From Candidatus Bathyarchaeota archaeon (lineage in GTDB: Archaea; Thermoproteota; Bathyarchaeia; 40CM-2-53-6), in contig CAVPLU010000006.1 in the NCBI GenBank assembly GCA_963706285.1, positions 1 to 64,000 on the forward strand: DNA of 64,000 nt, in the 5' to 3' direction. The notes beneath the pieces are model-generated. The model saw only the letters and a list, made by a program, of their open reading frames with translations, ran no database searches and was not told the DNA's origin. The position numbers were made by a program, and so were the translations under genes. Below are positions 1-9,494 of the stretch, piece after piece. Within the stretch, counting starts at the first letter, position 1, and each line of letters starts with the position of its first letter.

Positions 1-141
1 CAAAACGGAAACCTTGGTCTAGTCCGCGACAGTCTTCCCCAACAATGCGTTCCGTGCAAGTGTGCGTGAACAAACTCAGACGATTCCGAAACTCTGAATC
101 GTCTCTCTCAGTTCCTTCTACTTGTGGCTGCGAAATTGTTA

Positions 142-1050
142 CTACTCGTTCTGGAGTCTCTTGCAGATTGCGGTCTCGATGATTCTATCGTCATTCAGAT
201 TCGTAACGCGGAGGTAGTGGTTGGCGACGTCGAGGACCGCTCCAAGTGGAGCCATTCCATTGAATTCAGAGCCAATGATTGACAGGTTGTGCCTTTGTGC
301 TTCTAGCTTGAGTAGCTCGTAGACTCGATACAGCGGAGTCTTCTCGTAGTCGTAGACGCTTATTCCGATTTGCACGACGCCAGATTTGGGGATCTCAGCG
401 GCCATGGCTCTGACACCGGCCAGACCGCCTTTCTTCTCGTGCAAGGCTCTTGCGATCTTTTTTCCGATAGTCACGTCGCGAGTCGATAGGTTCACGTTGA
501 ATCCTACCATTGGCTTGCGTGCGCCTGTGATGGTGGCGCCGGCCGTAGGGTGAACCTGTGCGTGACCGAAGTCAGGTTTCCGATCAGGCCTGTGAATGCG
601 TTCCTCAAGACCCTCGTACTCGCCATCTCTTATCCAATCGATATCTCGCCGCTCCAAAGACAACGCAGATTCCGCGTACAAGTAAACTGGCACATTACAG
701 GCAGCTGAGAACTTACTCCCAAAGTCTCTCGCCAGTTCCGAACAGGAGTCAATCGTGCTGTTGGCGATTGGAACAAACGGGACAACATCAACTGCACCAA
801 GTCTCGGGTGCTGTCCCTTGTGTTTCTTCATATCTATGAGTTCTACCGCTTTCACTGCACCAGACAATACTGCTTGGACGAGATCTCGCCCTTCCCCGGC
901 GACTGTCACAACCAGTCTGTTGTAGTAGTCATCATACGAGTGATCCAGCAATAGAACTCCTTTGACACTCGTAATTGCTTCAAGTATCTTCCCTACCGTC
1001 ACGGAATCAGAAGTGCTAAAGTTCGGCACACATTCGACGAGCTCACGCAT
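142..1050 (-). CDS. ftcD: Glutamate formiminotransferase
   Basis: N-terminal VECVPNFS and central HKGQHPRLGAVDVVPFVP motifs; 302 aa. Confidence 0.9.
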   Translation of the reverse strand: MRELVECVPNFSTSDSVTVGKILEAITSVKGVLLLDHSYDDYYNRLVVTVAGEGRDLVQAVLSGAVKAVELIDMKKHKGQHPRLGAVDVVPFVPIANSTIDSCSELARDFGSKFSAACNVPVYLYAESALSLERRDIDWIRDGEYEGLEERIHRPDRKPDFGHAQVHPTAGATITGARKPMVGFNVNLSTRDVTIGKKIARALHEKKGGLAGVRAMAAEIPKSGVVQIGISVYDYEKTPLYRVYELLKLEAQRHNLSIIGSEFNGMAPLGAVLDVANHYLRVTNLNDDRIIETAICKRLQNE

Positions 1051-1119
1051 CAGGCAACGCCAAGCGACTATTTCGGGCGTTTTCTCCTAAAAAGCCAAAG
1101 GAATAGCTGGGTCAACAGA

Positions 1120-1668
1120 CTAGTCGCGTACCCTAGGAAAGATGTTTGAGAGAAATCGTCTCCGATAGGGACGTATTCTGCTATTGAGTAGTTCCAAGAG
1201 AACATAGTAGTTCGTGTTGAACTCTTCCAAGTTATCATTCCTGAACTTGTACGTCGGGATATTGCTTGGAGGAGCTTCCCAGGACCTGTCCCACGCTTCG
1301 ACTGCTCCGAAGTGTCCTCTGGCACGTGTCCTCTCAAGAAGAGAATGTCTGCTAGCCACTACGACAATGAGTAAGCTGTCAACCCTGGGAACCTTCGTGT
1401 TCATCAGGAATGAGCGTGTCCGATTTGTCGGCGCGGTCGTGTCGATTATGGTATTGTATCGTCGTCTCAGTAGTTCATCCCGCATGATCGCCAGCATCGA
1501 ATACGGTAGTTCCTCGTCGCGCGAGGGTATCGGTTCATTGAACAACATAGCACGCAAGTCGTCGCCGCTAATTCTCGCGAAGTTGGACTTGTCTTGCACC
1601 AGTCTTCTGGCGAGAAGTGTCTTGCCTGAACTGGGATACCCTGTTAGTACTAGATTCCAAAGCGGCAA
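1120..1668 (-). CDS. P-loop kinase, AAA_33 / polynucleotide-kinase-like family
   Basis: Walker A GYPSSGKT at the N-terminus, SGDDLR and IIDTT motifs; 182 aa. Confidence 0.7.
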   Translation of the reverse strand: MPLWNLVLTGYPSSGKTLLARRLVQDKSNFARISGDDLRAMLFNEPIPSRDEELPYSMLAIMRDELLRRRYNTIIDTTAPTNRTRSFLMNTKVPRVDSLLIVVVASRHSLLERTRARGHFGAVEAWDRSWEAPPSNIPTYKFRNDNLEEFNTNYYVLLELLNSRIRPYRRRFLSNIFPRVRD

Positions 1669-2247
1669 TGCGAGACTCCAGCACGTTCCAGTTCTATATC
1701 GCCAGTTGGAAAAATCTCTTGCGCGAGACTGTCTCTTCAGCTGGTCCGCTCACCTTGCTCAGGGTCTGTCGTGATGAAGCAAGTGAGAGCGTTGTCGATC
1801 AGAAATACCAGTCCAGTGAATTCCTTCATTCTAAACTGACTATGGCGAGTGAGGCCTAGGGAAGGCATGAAAGCATTTGCTGTGTACCTGAAGCCCTCTA
1901 GGATATCGCCTCAGAGTTGTATCATGATAGGGACTGAATGCGGCCAGAACGATACTGGAGAAAGAGAGACTTCGTGGAAGGAGGCAATATCTGCAAACAC
2001 TAGATCGTCTAGGGAAGCACAAGTGGATCCTTTGAACATCAGCCATAGAGAGTTTGGGATTGCAGTCTCGCACTTGAGATTGCGTCGAGAATATTTTCTA
2101 GTCGAGCGGAGACTGACGGCGTTTTGTGGGAAGCGCTTTTCACAGGTCTTTTTGGTGTGCCGAAGGATAACTTTCACGGATCTCTCCATCCGCTTTCGCC
2201 TACCCAATCGTTTATTCAAAGCCTGATTGTGCTCAATTCGATTACAC

Positions 2248-3219
2248 TTGTCTGATACGTTAGAGAGCATTCAGGACTTGGATGGTGTAGGTCCAGTAAC
2301 CGCGAACAAACTCAAGGAAGCTGGCTTCGACTCTATTGAAGCAATAGCAGTCGCGCCTATCAGGGAACTTGTTGACAAGGCAGGGCTAGAATCCTCCGCG
2401 GCGATCAAGATTGTACGCGCCGCGCGTCAGACCATCCATGTAGACCTTCTAACAGCAAAACAGCTCTACGATAAACGTCAATCTCTGCTCCGCCTAAGCA
2501 CAGGTTCCGAGAACCTGAATAAGTTACTTGGTGGTGGTCTTGAAACTCAAGCCATGACCGAATTCATAGGAGAATTTGGCACTGGCAAGACTCAGTTGTG
2601 CATGACGTTCTGTATCACAGCTCAGCTTCCGACACAACAAGGCGGATTTGATGCCAAAGTCCTATTCCTAGATAGTGAGGGAACATTTGCTCCTCAACGC
2701 ATTCATCAGATTGCACAGGCGATGTCGCTTGACGCAGATAAGGTCCTTGAAGGAGTCTTCATCGCACGCACCTACAATAGTGATCATCAGATCCTCACAA
2801 CGGATCATGCCTTCAAGCTCTGCAAGGAAGAGAACATCAAACTAATCATAGTTGACTCGGTGCTTTCACACTTTAGGAGCGAATACATTGGTCGAGAGAA
2901 TCTTAGTGAACGTCAGCAGAGACTCAACGCACATTTGCATAAACTTGCGCGGATCGCTCAAACACTGAATTTGGCCGTCGTCTTGACTAACCAAGTCCAA
3001 GCGAATCCTCAAGCTTTCTTCGGAGATCCTACCAGGCCAGCAGGTGGAAATATTCTTGCTCATGCGTCGACCCATCGAGTTATGCTCAAGAAAGCCTCAA
3101 ACAATCTCCGTTGCGCCCGCATCATAGACTCGCCATGTCTTCCAGAATCGGAGACATATTTTGCAATAACTGAGAAAGGAATCGAGGACGCACAGCCCAA
3201 GGCTCGAAGAGGAGATTAA
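2248..3219 (+). CDS. radA: DNA repair and recombination protein RadA
   Basis: N-terminal HhH domain (DLDGVGPVTANKLKEAG), Walker A GEFGTGKT, Walker B LIIVDS, GGNILAHAST; start probably TTG 2248 (ORF open from 2227). Confidence 0.93.
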   Translation: MSDTLESIQDLDGVGPVTANKLKEAGFDSIEAIAVAPIRELVDKAGLESSAAIKIVRAARQTIHVDLLTAKQLYDKRQSLLRLSTGSENLNKLLGGGLETQAMTEFIGEFGTGKTQLCMTFCITAQLPTQQGGFDAKVLFLDSEGTFAPQRIHQIAQAMSLDADKVLEGVFIARTYNSDHQILTTDHAFKLCKEENIKLIIVDSVLSHFRSEYIGRENLSERQQRLNAHLHKLARIAQTLNLAVVLTNQVQANPQAFFGDPTRPAGGNILAHASTHRVMLKKASNNLRCARIIDSPCLPESETYFAITEKGIEDAQPKARRGD

Positions 3220-3236
3220 TCTATCCACCTTGAAAC

Positions 3237-4341
3237 TTGGAGATAGTTACTGTAGTGACACTCCGGATCGATGTCGCGAAAACATGGAAACTTGATGAAC
3301 TCGCACAACAATCACACTATGCCCACAAGGTCGATACGTGGGTATACTATTGCACATTATGCGACGAAGTCCTACTGGTTACACGAAGATTTGTCGGACC
3401 CAAGGGCGTGCAGGCTGCTTTTGATGAAGTTTGCCCAGATTGTGGGTTTGACCTAAAGGACATCATGAGCTGCGAACGCGTGTGGTTATCTCAGTGCCGG
3501 ATCCACCTACGTCAACACAAGTCATCCTAAAGCAGCGCTCCTTCTTGAGGAGCCGCTGCGAACTTTTGAGGGAATCAGGCCAAGAAGCGCTCATCTCCCT
3601 GCGGAGGAGCAGGTACTTACTACAGGAATCGAGAAATTGGACAGACTTGTTCAATTGGCGACGGGGCAGTTCGTCGTTTTTCGAGGTCTCTCTCCTCCAG
3701 CATCTTTGTCTGAGCTTCTCTGTGTCCGGGCTCAGCTTCACCATCCAGTTGGGTTGAATTCAGGCGCAATCTTCATTGACGGTGGAAATCGCTTCGACGT
3801 GTATGCGATATCGCACTACGCCATCAAGTACGGGATTGAACCTAAGTTCGCATTATCTCGTATACATATCAGTCGTGCATTCACGTATTTTCAGCTTGCA
3901 TCCTTGCTGACCGAGAAGTTGCCAAACGCTCTCAAACGTTGCAGCTCCAAATTTGCCGTAGTCTCAGGCATAACTGAGCTATTCCAGGATCCGGAGGTTA
4001 AGGACAAGCAAGAAGCCCATCGCGTCTTCCAACGAATATTGCATTCGTTGTCTGCATTAGTCGAGATCACAGGCTCTCTTGTGATCGCGACAAGTTTCAG
4101 CCAAAACATTAGGTCCTATGACACGGCGCTCATGCAAGCTGCACATGCAACCATTTTCACCGAAGAACATGGCGCATCCACACGATTCGCGATAGTACAC
4201 CACAAATCGCTGCCACCTCGAAAGACCTTGCATCGAGAAGGCCGTGCTGACCAATTCATTGAGGATTATATGGGGGACAAAGAATGGGGAGAACTATTCC
4301 ATCCTGGCGGATCATCATCGATCAAGAGCTTGCGAAACTGA
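3237..4341 (+). CDS. Zn-ribbon + inactivated RecA/RadA-like protein, PolB2-associated; one frameshift near 3490
   Basis: CTLC...CPDC ORF (3237-3530) joins a frame that is open from at least 3481 and reads VLTTGIEKLDRL...IFIDGGNRFDVY...LSRIHISRAFTYFQL; Walker A is degenerate (no GKT). Confidence 0.7.
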
Positions 4342-4537
4342 ACAAGTTCAAACAGGTTCTCAGAGCTGAGGATCAAATAATCTCCGAGGACCTCTTGAAT
4401 CAATGCAAACTCTATACCTCAGCCGCTGGAGCCCTCACTTCCTCGATTAAGTAATTTCCATTACTGGTCACGACACTCTTCATGCATCACAAAAAATCAC
4501 TGCCCATGAAAGACGAATGAAGGAAAAGCTGAAGTGA
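4284..4537 (+). pseudogene. Small helical PolB2 partner protein (arCOG07300-like, MGRTIPSWR...), with an in-frame TAA and a 1-nt deletion
   Basis: ATG 4284 reads MGRTIPSWRIIIDQELAKLNKFKQVLRAEDQIISEDLLNQCKLYTSAAGALTSSIK*FPLLVTTLFMHHKK; adding one A in the A6 run near 4491-4496 gives ITAHERRMKEKLK ending at TGA 4535-4537, which overlaps the polB2 GTG; absent from the ORF track. Confidence 0.75.
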
Positions 4538-6800
4538 AGACAACAGGTTGGCTCTTCGACCTCTACCCAAAACCAGGTCAAATGGTCCTGTGGCTAAAGA
4601 AGCGTGACGGCGAATGCATAAGACTCGTAGACGAATGGACGCCGAGAATTCACATCGCTGGCAAATTCACTGACCTACTTGCCTTAACCACGCGTCCCGA
4701 ATTCCAGGGTCGGTGCAATTTCGTTGAAAGATTCGAGAAGCCAAACGATTCATCACGCTCCAAGGTTCTTGAACTCAAGGCCTTCTCCGACCGCGAAGCT
4801 ACAGCATTGGCGCGAAAGATTCAGCAGCTAGCAGCGTACGGGAGCAAGTACAGGCCATATGATGTTGACATACCGTCTTCGCAGATGTACCTCTATCAGA
4901 AGAATCTCTTCCCGCTAGCTTATGTCGAAGTCGACAATCACGATGGTCACTTGTCCTGGAATCTTCTCGATTCATCAGATTCCGTAGACTATGAAGTTCC
5001 ACAACTTAGAATTGCTAAACTGGCCATCAGCACAAAAACGAATAGACGAATACCCACCATGAGTGACCCCATAGATACTATAACCGTCACTATGGAAGAT
5101 CAGGAGAGACGAATCGCCTCAGGATCGGAAACTGACAAGCTGCTAGCCCTCGTTGAAACGTTCAACGAATTCAACCCAGACATCGTACGCACAGACGACG
5201 GAGACTCCTTCATCTTCCCATATCTAACCCAACACGCCAGCGAGCATAACGCACTCCATAAGCTCGTACTTGGGCGGGATCATGTGCCACTGCAAGTCTT
5301 CGAGACCACAGGTCGAAACTACTTCAGCTACGGCCGAATATACTACCGTAGCACCGCGGCCCGCTTAATGGGTCGACTACACTTGGACAACAGCAATAGC
5401 TTCATCGACACTGACTGTGGCCTTGAAGGTCTCATAGAAATAGCCCGGACATGCATTATTTCGCTCCAACGCGCCTCACGTAGCACGATCGGCACAAGCA
5501 TGTCATCACTTCAGATATACCGCGCTATCAAACGAGAAATACTGATCCCTTGGAGCAAATCTCAACCTGAAGATTTCAAGGACGGAAATAGCCTTCTCCT
5601 AGCCGATCGAGGCGGATTCATCTATGAGCCGAAACTTGGAATCCATGACTGGGTTGGTGAGATTGACTTCTCCTCGCTTTACCCGATGATCATGTTGAAA
5701 AATAACCTGAGCGGCGAGACCGTGAACTGCGAATGCTGCCCCAACTCGCCCAATCGAGTTCCAGAAGTTGGCTTCCACATATGCGAACGTCGTCAGGGGA
5801 TCGTTCCCGCCTCGCTTGAAGTTCTACTCAAAAAACGAGCCGAATACAAGCGATGGAGGAATGAGGCGAACGACCCTCCAACACGAACTCGATACGATCA
5901 ACGCCAAGCTGCGCTCAAATGGATCCTAGTCTGCTCATAGGTGTTTGATGTGTGAATCGAAGCCGGGCATTCGGCTATCTCGGATTCAAGAACGCTCGGT
6001 TCGGCAAGATCGACGCGCATATCGCAACTTGCGCCTATGCACGAGAAGCTATCCAGAGAGCAAGCGCTATTGCTGAATCAAGAGGCTTTCAAGTTATCCA
6101 CGGCATAGTGGACTCGCTCTGGCTCAGAAAAGCCAACTCATCAGACAACGAATACCACGATCTGTGTCGCACAATCGAAACACAACTCGATCTACCAATA
6201 AGTTTCGAAGGAATCTACAAATGGATAGTTTTCCTCAATTCCAGAATCAATCCCTACATGCCTGTCTTGAACAGGTACTATGGCGTCCTCCGAGACGGAA
6301 CGATGAAGGTTCGTGGAATTGACCTTAGGCGACATGACACGGCAGGAATAGTCCGCGACTTCCAGCAAGAGGTTCTAAAGATCCTCTCAAGTGCATCCAA
6401 CTCGATGGAATTCAGCAAACTGATCCCCGTAGCTCTTGAGATAGCAAGAAAGTATGTGCGCTTGATCAGAACAGGTAAAGTCCCTGCGGAAAAGCTTGCA
6501 CTCGAACGGAGATTAAGCAAATCGCCAGAAGAATATACAAGTCTCAGTCATCAAGCAATTGCTGCTCAACAGCTGGGTAGAGAAGGAAGATACATTCACG
6601 CAGGCCAAAACATTCGTTACATAATAACTGGTGAAGCGGCCGCAATCAAAGGTAATCGCGCTGTGCATCGCGAATTGTTCGAGGAAGAAGTCAGTTATGA
6701 TGTAGAAGCATACGTAAAACTCATAATCATGGCATTCGTCAGTCTGTTCCTGCCGCTCGGGTATGATGCATCTAAAGTGAGAGAGATTCTACAAATCTGA
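4534..6800 (+). CDS. polB2: Family B DNA polymerase, PolB2 group; two exons (4534-5938, 5971-6800), 744 aa after splicing
   Basis: Motif A EIDFSSLYP, Cys cluster NCECC...C, motif B KWILVCS/FGYLGFKNARFG split by a 32-nt insert, PolB2-type motif C HGIVDS (first Asp of YGDTDS replaced). Confidence 0.88.
5939..5970 (+). other. Putative 32-nt archaeal bulge-helix-bulge/loop (BHB/BHL) intron in polB2 mRNA
   Basis: 4-bp central helix GCUC(5933-36)/GGGC(5965-68), 3-nt bulges AUA(5937-39) and AUU(5969-71), 9-bp intron stem, exon-exon stem; cutting after the 2nd nt of each bulge gives TGC TCA T|TC GGC TAT = CSFGY in frame. Confidence 0.8.
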
Positions 6801-6885
6801 ATCAATGCGCAGACCATCGACCGCATGCCTTTCTCCTTGTGAGCAATACCCAGTATCATTTGCGATGCGCTGAAAAATCACTGAG

Positions 6886-7344
6886 CTATGTGAATCCAAG
6901 TTCTCTCATCTTACTGAGAACGTCAGCAGCATGAGTCCTAGTGTTCACATGAGAGAAAACATGCCTCACGATTCCGTCAGGGCCTATGATGTAAGTCACC
7001 CTTCTTGCCATCCCAAAAGGGCCCAGAACTCCGTACGCCCGCACGATATTCTTCTTCACATCTGATACGAGAGTGAAATTGAGCTTGTATCTCGATGCGA
7101 ATCCTGCATGCGATTCTTCCGAATCCACACTGACTCCAAGTACCGTGATTCCCCGATCTCGCAGTGGGCTCATAGAATCCCTGAACGAACATGCTTCTGC
7201 AGTACATCCTGGCGTATTGTCTTTTGGATAAAAGTACAGGACGACGGGGCGTCCGCGGAATGAGGTTAACGTTACAATATTCCCACCCTGATCCTTAGCT
7301 TCAAAGTCAGGCGCAATTTCGCCCAATTTTGGACCATTCGTCAT
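6886..7344 (-). CDS. bcp: Peroxiredoxin, BCP/PrxQ family
   Basis: VLYFYPKDNTPGCTAEAC motif. Confidence 0.92.
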   Translation of the reverse strand: MTNGPKLGEIAPDFEAKDQGGNIVTLTSFRGRPVVLYFYPKDNTPGCTAEACSFRDSMSPLRDRGITVLGVSVDSEESHAGFASRYKLNFTLVSDVKKNIVRAYGVLGPFGMARRVTYIIGPDGIVRHVFSHVNTRTHAADVLSKMRELGFT

Positions 7345-7726
7345 ACTGCTTCACTTGGATAGACATCTACCACTGTGTGTGGCAACACACGGGCTATAAT
7401 TGTGACGATTGAGCAAGAAGGCGGTACGGGTGGCTCGATTTCAAATTCACAAATAATCAAGCTAATCGTCTTGCGTTTCACCAAGACGTGACATACAGGC
7501 GTATCTCTATACAACTGTGCCAATGTTCGCGAGCTGTGCTCTCGCTTAGGTGAATCGGGGGGGCGCTTCTCCAACAATCCTTGAGGTCGTTCATTCGTCA
7601 GGGTCCAGATCGGCTGTCAACTCGTGGGCTATTTCAAATGCTGGATATCCGCGAATCTCACAAGACAACTCATTTAAGAGAAACCCAGCTGAAGTACCAT
7701 TTGCATGGGTTGCGAGTGTTTGTTCT

Positions 7727-8920
7727 GTGACTGAGAACACGTTCTTGATTGGGGAGGCGCTCGTCGGCAAATCGCCGGAAGTAGCACATATTGACCTGAT
7801 CGTCGGTGACAAGAAAGGGCCGGTGGGACAAGCCTTCGTCAGTGGTCTTACCCATCTATCCGCGGGGCACACTCCGCTTCTCGCGGTGATACGGCCGAAT
7901 CTTCCGCCTAAACCTCACACGTTGATCGTACCGAAAGTGACTGTCAAGGGAATGGATGAGGCAGGTAGAATTTTCGGTCCAGCTCAAGCAGCAGTTGCCA
8001 AGGCCGTTGCAGACGCTGTTGAGGAAGGAATATTTCCGAAAGAGAAAATTGACGATTGGGTAATCATCTGCAGCGTCTTCATTCACCCTGATGCACGAGA
8101 CTACCGGAAGATCTATCACTACAATTATGGTGCGACGAAACTCGCTTTGAGGAGGGCGGTTACAAACTACCCAAGCCTAGAGAAGGTAATGTATGAAAAG
8201 GACAGGGCAATCCACCCGATTATGGGATTCAGAGTTCCTCGCCTGTGGAATCCGCCGTATCTTCAAATTGCACTTGACGTTACAGAAATTGAAAGGGCAA
8301 AAGACATCCTTCAACGCCTCCCGGCTAGCGACAGAATTGTAATTGAAGCAGGAACACCGCTCGTCAAGAAGTATGGAACCGGAATTGTACACGAGCTGCG
8401 ACCTTACGCCAAGGATTCATTCATCGTGGCTGACCTGAAGACGCTCGACGTTGGCCAAGTGGAGGTTGATGTCGCTTTCGAGGAGACTGCAGACGCAGTG
8501 GTCGCTTCAGGACTCGCATCGAAAGAGACGGTAGACAAGTTCGTCTATGAAGCAAAGAGGTTGGGCGTCTACTCATTCGTCGATATGATGGATGTCACAA
8601 ACCCTCTTCAGGTGCTCGGAAGCTACAAGGAACCTCCAGACGTCGTGATAATTCACAGAGGAATTGATGAGGAAAAAGGCGGAGGCACTAGGTGGAGCTT
8701 GGTCGGCGAGATCAAGAAGAGCTTCAAAGACCATAAGGTGCTAGTTGCTGTCGCTGGAGGGATTGAACCTAGCAACCTCAAGGACGCCTTGGACGCGCAC
8801 GCAGACATAGTAATCGTGGGGCGATACGTTACCCAATCGAGAGATGTCAACCGAGCTGCCAGGGACTTCTTGGACCAACTGGGCCACGACATAGATCTCT
8901 TCAGAGTACACATAGAATAG
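7727..8920 (+). CDS. fae-hps: Bifunctional formaldehyde-activating enzyme / 3-hexulose-6-phosphate synthase
   Basis: N-terminal IGEALVG..PEVAHIDL and FGPAQAAVAKAV (Fae); C-terminal LQIALD, IEAGTPL, ADLKTLDVG (Hps); start GTG 7727 after TATA-like TTTAAG at about 7673. Confidence 0.92.
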   Translation: MTENTFLIGEALVGKSPEVAHIDLIVGDKKGPVGQAFVSGLTHLSAGHTPLLAVIRPNLPPKPHTLIVPKVTVKGMDEAGRIFGPAQAAVAKAVADAVEEGIFPKEKIDDWVIICSVFIHPDARDYRKIYHYNYGATKLALRRAVTNYPSLEKVMYEKDRAIHPIMGFRVPRLWNPPYLQIALDVTEIERAKDILQRLPASDRIVIEAGTPLVKKYGTGIVHELRPYAKDSFIVADLKTLDVGQVEVDVAFEETADAVVASGLASKETVDKFVYEAKRLGVYSFVDMMDVTNPLQVLGSYKEPPDVVIIHRGIDEEKGGGTRWSLVGEIKKSFKDHKVLVAVAGGIEPSNLKDALDAHADIVIVGRYVTQSRDVNRAARDFLDQLGHDIDLFRVHIE

Positions 8921-9067
8921 CAAGAAACTATGCATGCAGCAAAGGTTCGCAATCTAGTCAGGCGGAGCCGCAACAACCAACGCACGTTGCATACAATAGT
9001 CAACTCTCCCCGCAAGCGATCAGGTCATATCGGAGTCTTAGCATCATAGCGGGATCGGGGCCGTAGA

Positions 9068-9400
9068 ATGAAGGTCCAGAAAATCGGTACAATAGTCGGC
9101 ATAATGCAAAGTGAGGATCCAGTGAAGGTCCGCGTTCAGGTGAAACTCGATGAGGAGACGCTTGAACAGCGAGTTAGACCATATCCTCAATCGGAGCAAG
9201 AGAGGATGAGCCAGCAGATGACGGAGAACATTGCAAAGCAGCTTCGCACTGCAATTCCCGGAGCGATGATAATGGGGCCCGGCTTTGGCGGCGTCTCAGG
9301 GGCCAATCTTGAAGAATGGCTCATTCCGGCTGATCAAGCTTCGAAATTATCCATCGGCAAGAGAGTCAGAGTCATCCTAGAGCTGTTGGAAGAAGACTAG
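9068..9400 (+). CDS. Hypothetical protein, possibly arcadin-1-like
   Basis: 110-aa ORF with ATG start; beta strands, central helix (PQSEQERMSQQM) and C-terminal KLSIGKRVRVILE; resemblance is by eye only. Confidence 0.55.
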   Translation: MKVQKIGTIVGIMQSEDPVKVRVQVKLDEETLEQRVRPYPQSEQERMSQQMTENIAKQLRTAIPGAMIMGPGFGGVSGANLEEWLIPADQASKLSIGKRVRVILELLEED

Positions 9401-9494
9401 ACAGTGTGGTAGAGCGGACTCTTCGTGGTCGTCAGCGCGTCCGCGGAAAGCTTTAACGTTCATTGCTTCAGGGACTTTGGTTTGGTAACGTAGC

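Noticed and set aside
78-104. 9-bp inverted repeat AGACGATTC/GAATCGTCT downstream of ftcD
   Set aside because: It could be a terminator or stabilising hairpin, but there is no clear U-tract on the coding strand, so support is insufficient.
4443-4473. Second BHB intron around the TAA in the small PolB2 partner gene
   Set aside because: A hairpin exists, but the bulges are 1 and 2 nt, and the sequence reads as colinear protein with no extra insert.
5932-5972. Alternative 5-bp helix register (U5932-A5969) with a UUC bulge
   Set aside because: The helix length is non-canonical, and it would excise 33 nt and leave the exons out of frame.
5930-5975. Split intein or natural two-subunit PolB as the explanation for the polB2 break (close to the pol-b intein site)
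   Set aside because: There is no intein sequence or His-Asn terminus. The GTG 5952 ORF would add MNRSRA and sever motif B, whereas BHB-guided excision restores the motif exactly.
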